From Selaginella moellendorffii (lineage: Eukaryota; Plantae; Lycopodiophyta), in assembly GCF_000143415.4 (NCBI RefSeq), contig NW_003314642.1, positions 1 to 8,025 on the forward strand: a stretch of DNA of 8,025 nucleotides, given 5' to 3'. Below, in pieces: positions 5,861-8,025 of the stretch. Position numbers and translations under genes: made by a program. How positions within the stretch are numbered: position 1 is the stretch's first letter; every line of letters begins with the position of its first letter. Below the pieces are notes generated by a model, which was not told where the DNA came from, made no database searches, and saw nothing but the letters and a program-made list of their open reading frames with translations.

Positions 5861-8025
5861 TGTTATGACCTGGCACAAAAAGGCAAAGATTTAATTTCCT
5901 TAAACTATGCTATGCCACTTTTTAAGGTTTTTCATTACTTAACCATCCCTGAGCTACCTCGAAAGCTCAATTGCACCCAACTGGCAGCTGCACTTGATAA
6001 ATTGCCTTACCAATGTGCTTCAGTAGTTTATATGGAGTAACATATCAATGAAAAAACTTATTATTCTTCCCATTCTACAAAAGCAATTACTCACTTGATG
6101 AAAAGATCATTCACATAAAAATGAAAATGAAATTAAAATGATTATTTTAAGCAAAGTGCAATATCTTAATTGAATTGTAGATCATCTTTTTGATTATACT
6201 ACACTATTGTGAGGGTTGTTGAAGTTGTTAGCATCATCTTTTATCTGATCTAAGGATTGGAAGTAGGCATAAATCTCAAAGAGTTATTGACGACTTTTTT
6301 AATTTTGGCATATTTGAATTATACTTGACCTTTTATTTTGTGTGTGAATGTTTTTGATATTGGTCTTAAGGGTGTATTGATGAAAAAGAATATAAGTGTG
6401 CTTGATTAGCGTCATCTCATTACATATATCAACTATATGTTACAACTAATAGAAATGAACTACTTTATACATAAGATTGTTTAGTAGCAATTTTGGGTTT
6501 CAAGAAACATTATGCACATTTACATGATTCTTAAACATTACTAAAAGGTGATCATACTACAATTACTTCATTATTAAAGTAAAAAAACTTAGATGGTTAT
6601 ACAATTCAATGGGCTCTAAAGCTTTAGATATATAATATTGTTAGTCATTACCTAAAGAGTTATATGGCTTATATAAATATTCTTTCTCAAGCTTTTTTAT
6701 CTTTTTCACTCTCTTCTCCTATTCTTGACAAGTTTGTAATGCTAGTATTTGTATGGCTTATGTAAACACTCTTTCTTAAGCTCTTTTATCTTTTTCACTC
6801 TTTTTTCCTATTCTTGACAAGTTTGTAATTCCAGTATTAGTGGATTTTTGGATAAGGATTCCATGCTAATAGTGATTGCTGTACTTAATGTTTAATGTCT
6901 ATAAGCTGTGGAGAAAAATTTACCTTTTTCTTAATAAGGTTCATGAAGCTAAAAAAGTTGAGTTATGGATTCGAAGACTTCGTAACATGTTTAAGAATCC
7001 TATATCATGCTGTTTCAATATTTATATTCTCAATATCACTTTAAAAATGACCTTTCTTTTGTTAGGATAAATCTTGATGATCATTTACAAATGGTGGTAT
7101 TTTTTGTCTTTATTCCATGTTTTCTCCATTTTTACCATGACTATGCTATTCTCAGCAGGGATATAAGATATCATCATATGACTGAGAAGCTACATAAATC
7201 TTTTTTTTGGTTGGAGATATAACATGATATTATCTAGTATGTGTGTGGTTGTATTTGGTGCCAAGCTCATAATATTCCCCCTTGTGCTGCAAAAGGACAG
7301 TTGGAGTCAATTGTAATTTCTTGTTTATTTGAATTGGTGGCATTTGATTTGATAAAGTCTTTTTTAACAATTAATTATTAATAATAAGTACATCATTATT
7401 GTTTTTAGCTACTTGACTCATTAGGTGAAAGTTAATGTTATTGCTAGTGTGTCTGCAATTAATATTAGATATTTCCTCCTCAATTGGGTGGTGTTATAAC
7501 ATTTTTGTCAAGAGCAGATTTTCTTGAATAATAATTATGTATTTATGGTTGAAGTGTTTTATATTTTAACATCTTGGTTAAAGATATGCTATACATTTAT
7601 AAGTGTTTATCATCCATAGAATGGTTTGGTGGAAGAACTTATTCAAACTTTCAAATGGATGGAATATGGAGCATATGATTTTCAACATTTGAACTAAGAT
7701 GGTTATTTGCTGTTTCTTTAATATGGGTATGTTATAATGCTACAAAGTTCTGTTAATGCTTCATCATATAAACTCTTATATGGTTATGATATAATATTAC
7801 CAATGGACTTAAGTGTACCTTTGTGATTGCTATAAGCTATTGATGTTATGTCTTAAATTTAGTATTTAACAAGGATTCTTCCACTAGTTCAAGTCAAGTT
7901 TACTGAATACTTATATTGTGTATAATTGGGACAACAATAGCACTACAAATTCCACCTACAAAGTATAAAGTGGATGACTTGATATTAGTTCATTTTCCAA
8001 ATCTTACAATATATAATTTGTTAAT
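5861..8025 (+). mobile_element. Heavily decayed Ty3/Gypsy LTR retrotransposon (pol relic: RT thumb/connection, RNase H, integrase), running off the window
   Basis: Translation through stops gives: about 6141 ILSKVQYLN*IVDHLFDYTTLL*GLLK...FI*SKDWK (RT thumb); 6272 onward NLKELLTTFLILAYLNYT*PFILCVNVFDIGLKGVLM...HLITY...EMNY...CLVAILGFKK...GDH...QWALKL*IYN (RNase H); about 7130-7265 YHD...KLHKSFFW...D...YVCGCIWCQ (zinc-binding domain); FELVAFDL...KYIII..YLT...VYHP*NGLVE..IQTFK (integrase core); N*DGYL...SSYKLLYG...LPMDL; YKVDDLILV. The RT-RH-INT order is the Ty3/Gypsy order. The segment begins TGTTATGACC exactly where gene homology stops. Confidence 0.9.
6663..6838 (+). repeat. Two-copy tandem duplication, period about 89 bp, inside the pol relic
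   Basis: Units start TATGGCTTAT at 6663 and 6752 and share ...TCTTTTTCACTCT...CCTATTCTTGACAAGTTTGTAAT...AGTATT. They show roughly 10 differences, mostly C/T or A/G. Confidence 0.93.

Noticed and set aside
6876-7222. ORFs 6876-7070 and 7007-7222 as independent small genes
   Set aside because: They lie within the Gypsy pol relic. The end of 7007-7222 is the decayed integrase zinc-binding region.

Overview
Eukaryotic (land-plant) genomic DNA. The very compact, intronless gene layout is suggestive of a small-genome plant such as the lycophyte Selaginella, but that is inference only. The left 4.6 kb is a tight head-to-tail minus-strand cluster of a carboxylesterase (CXE/GID1-like alpha/beta hydrolase), a complete non-RD G-type lectin (S-domain) receptor kinase, and the 5' part of a second S-domain receptor gene that runs off the window. 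Both receptor promoters are rich in W-boxes, and one carries a perfect 18-bp W-box palindrome. A pseudogenised copy of the second receptor's lectin domain follows at about 5316-5860. It is cut by a Ty3/Gypsy retrotransposon relic (RT thumb, RNase H and integrase, 5861-8025) that the ORF track misses because it is heavily C>T/G>A mutated. That mutational bias extends as a gradient into the neighbouring gene copy.
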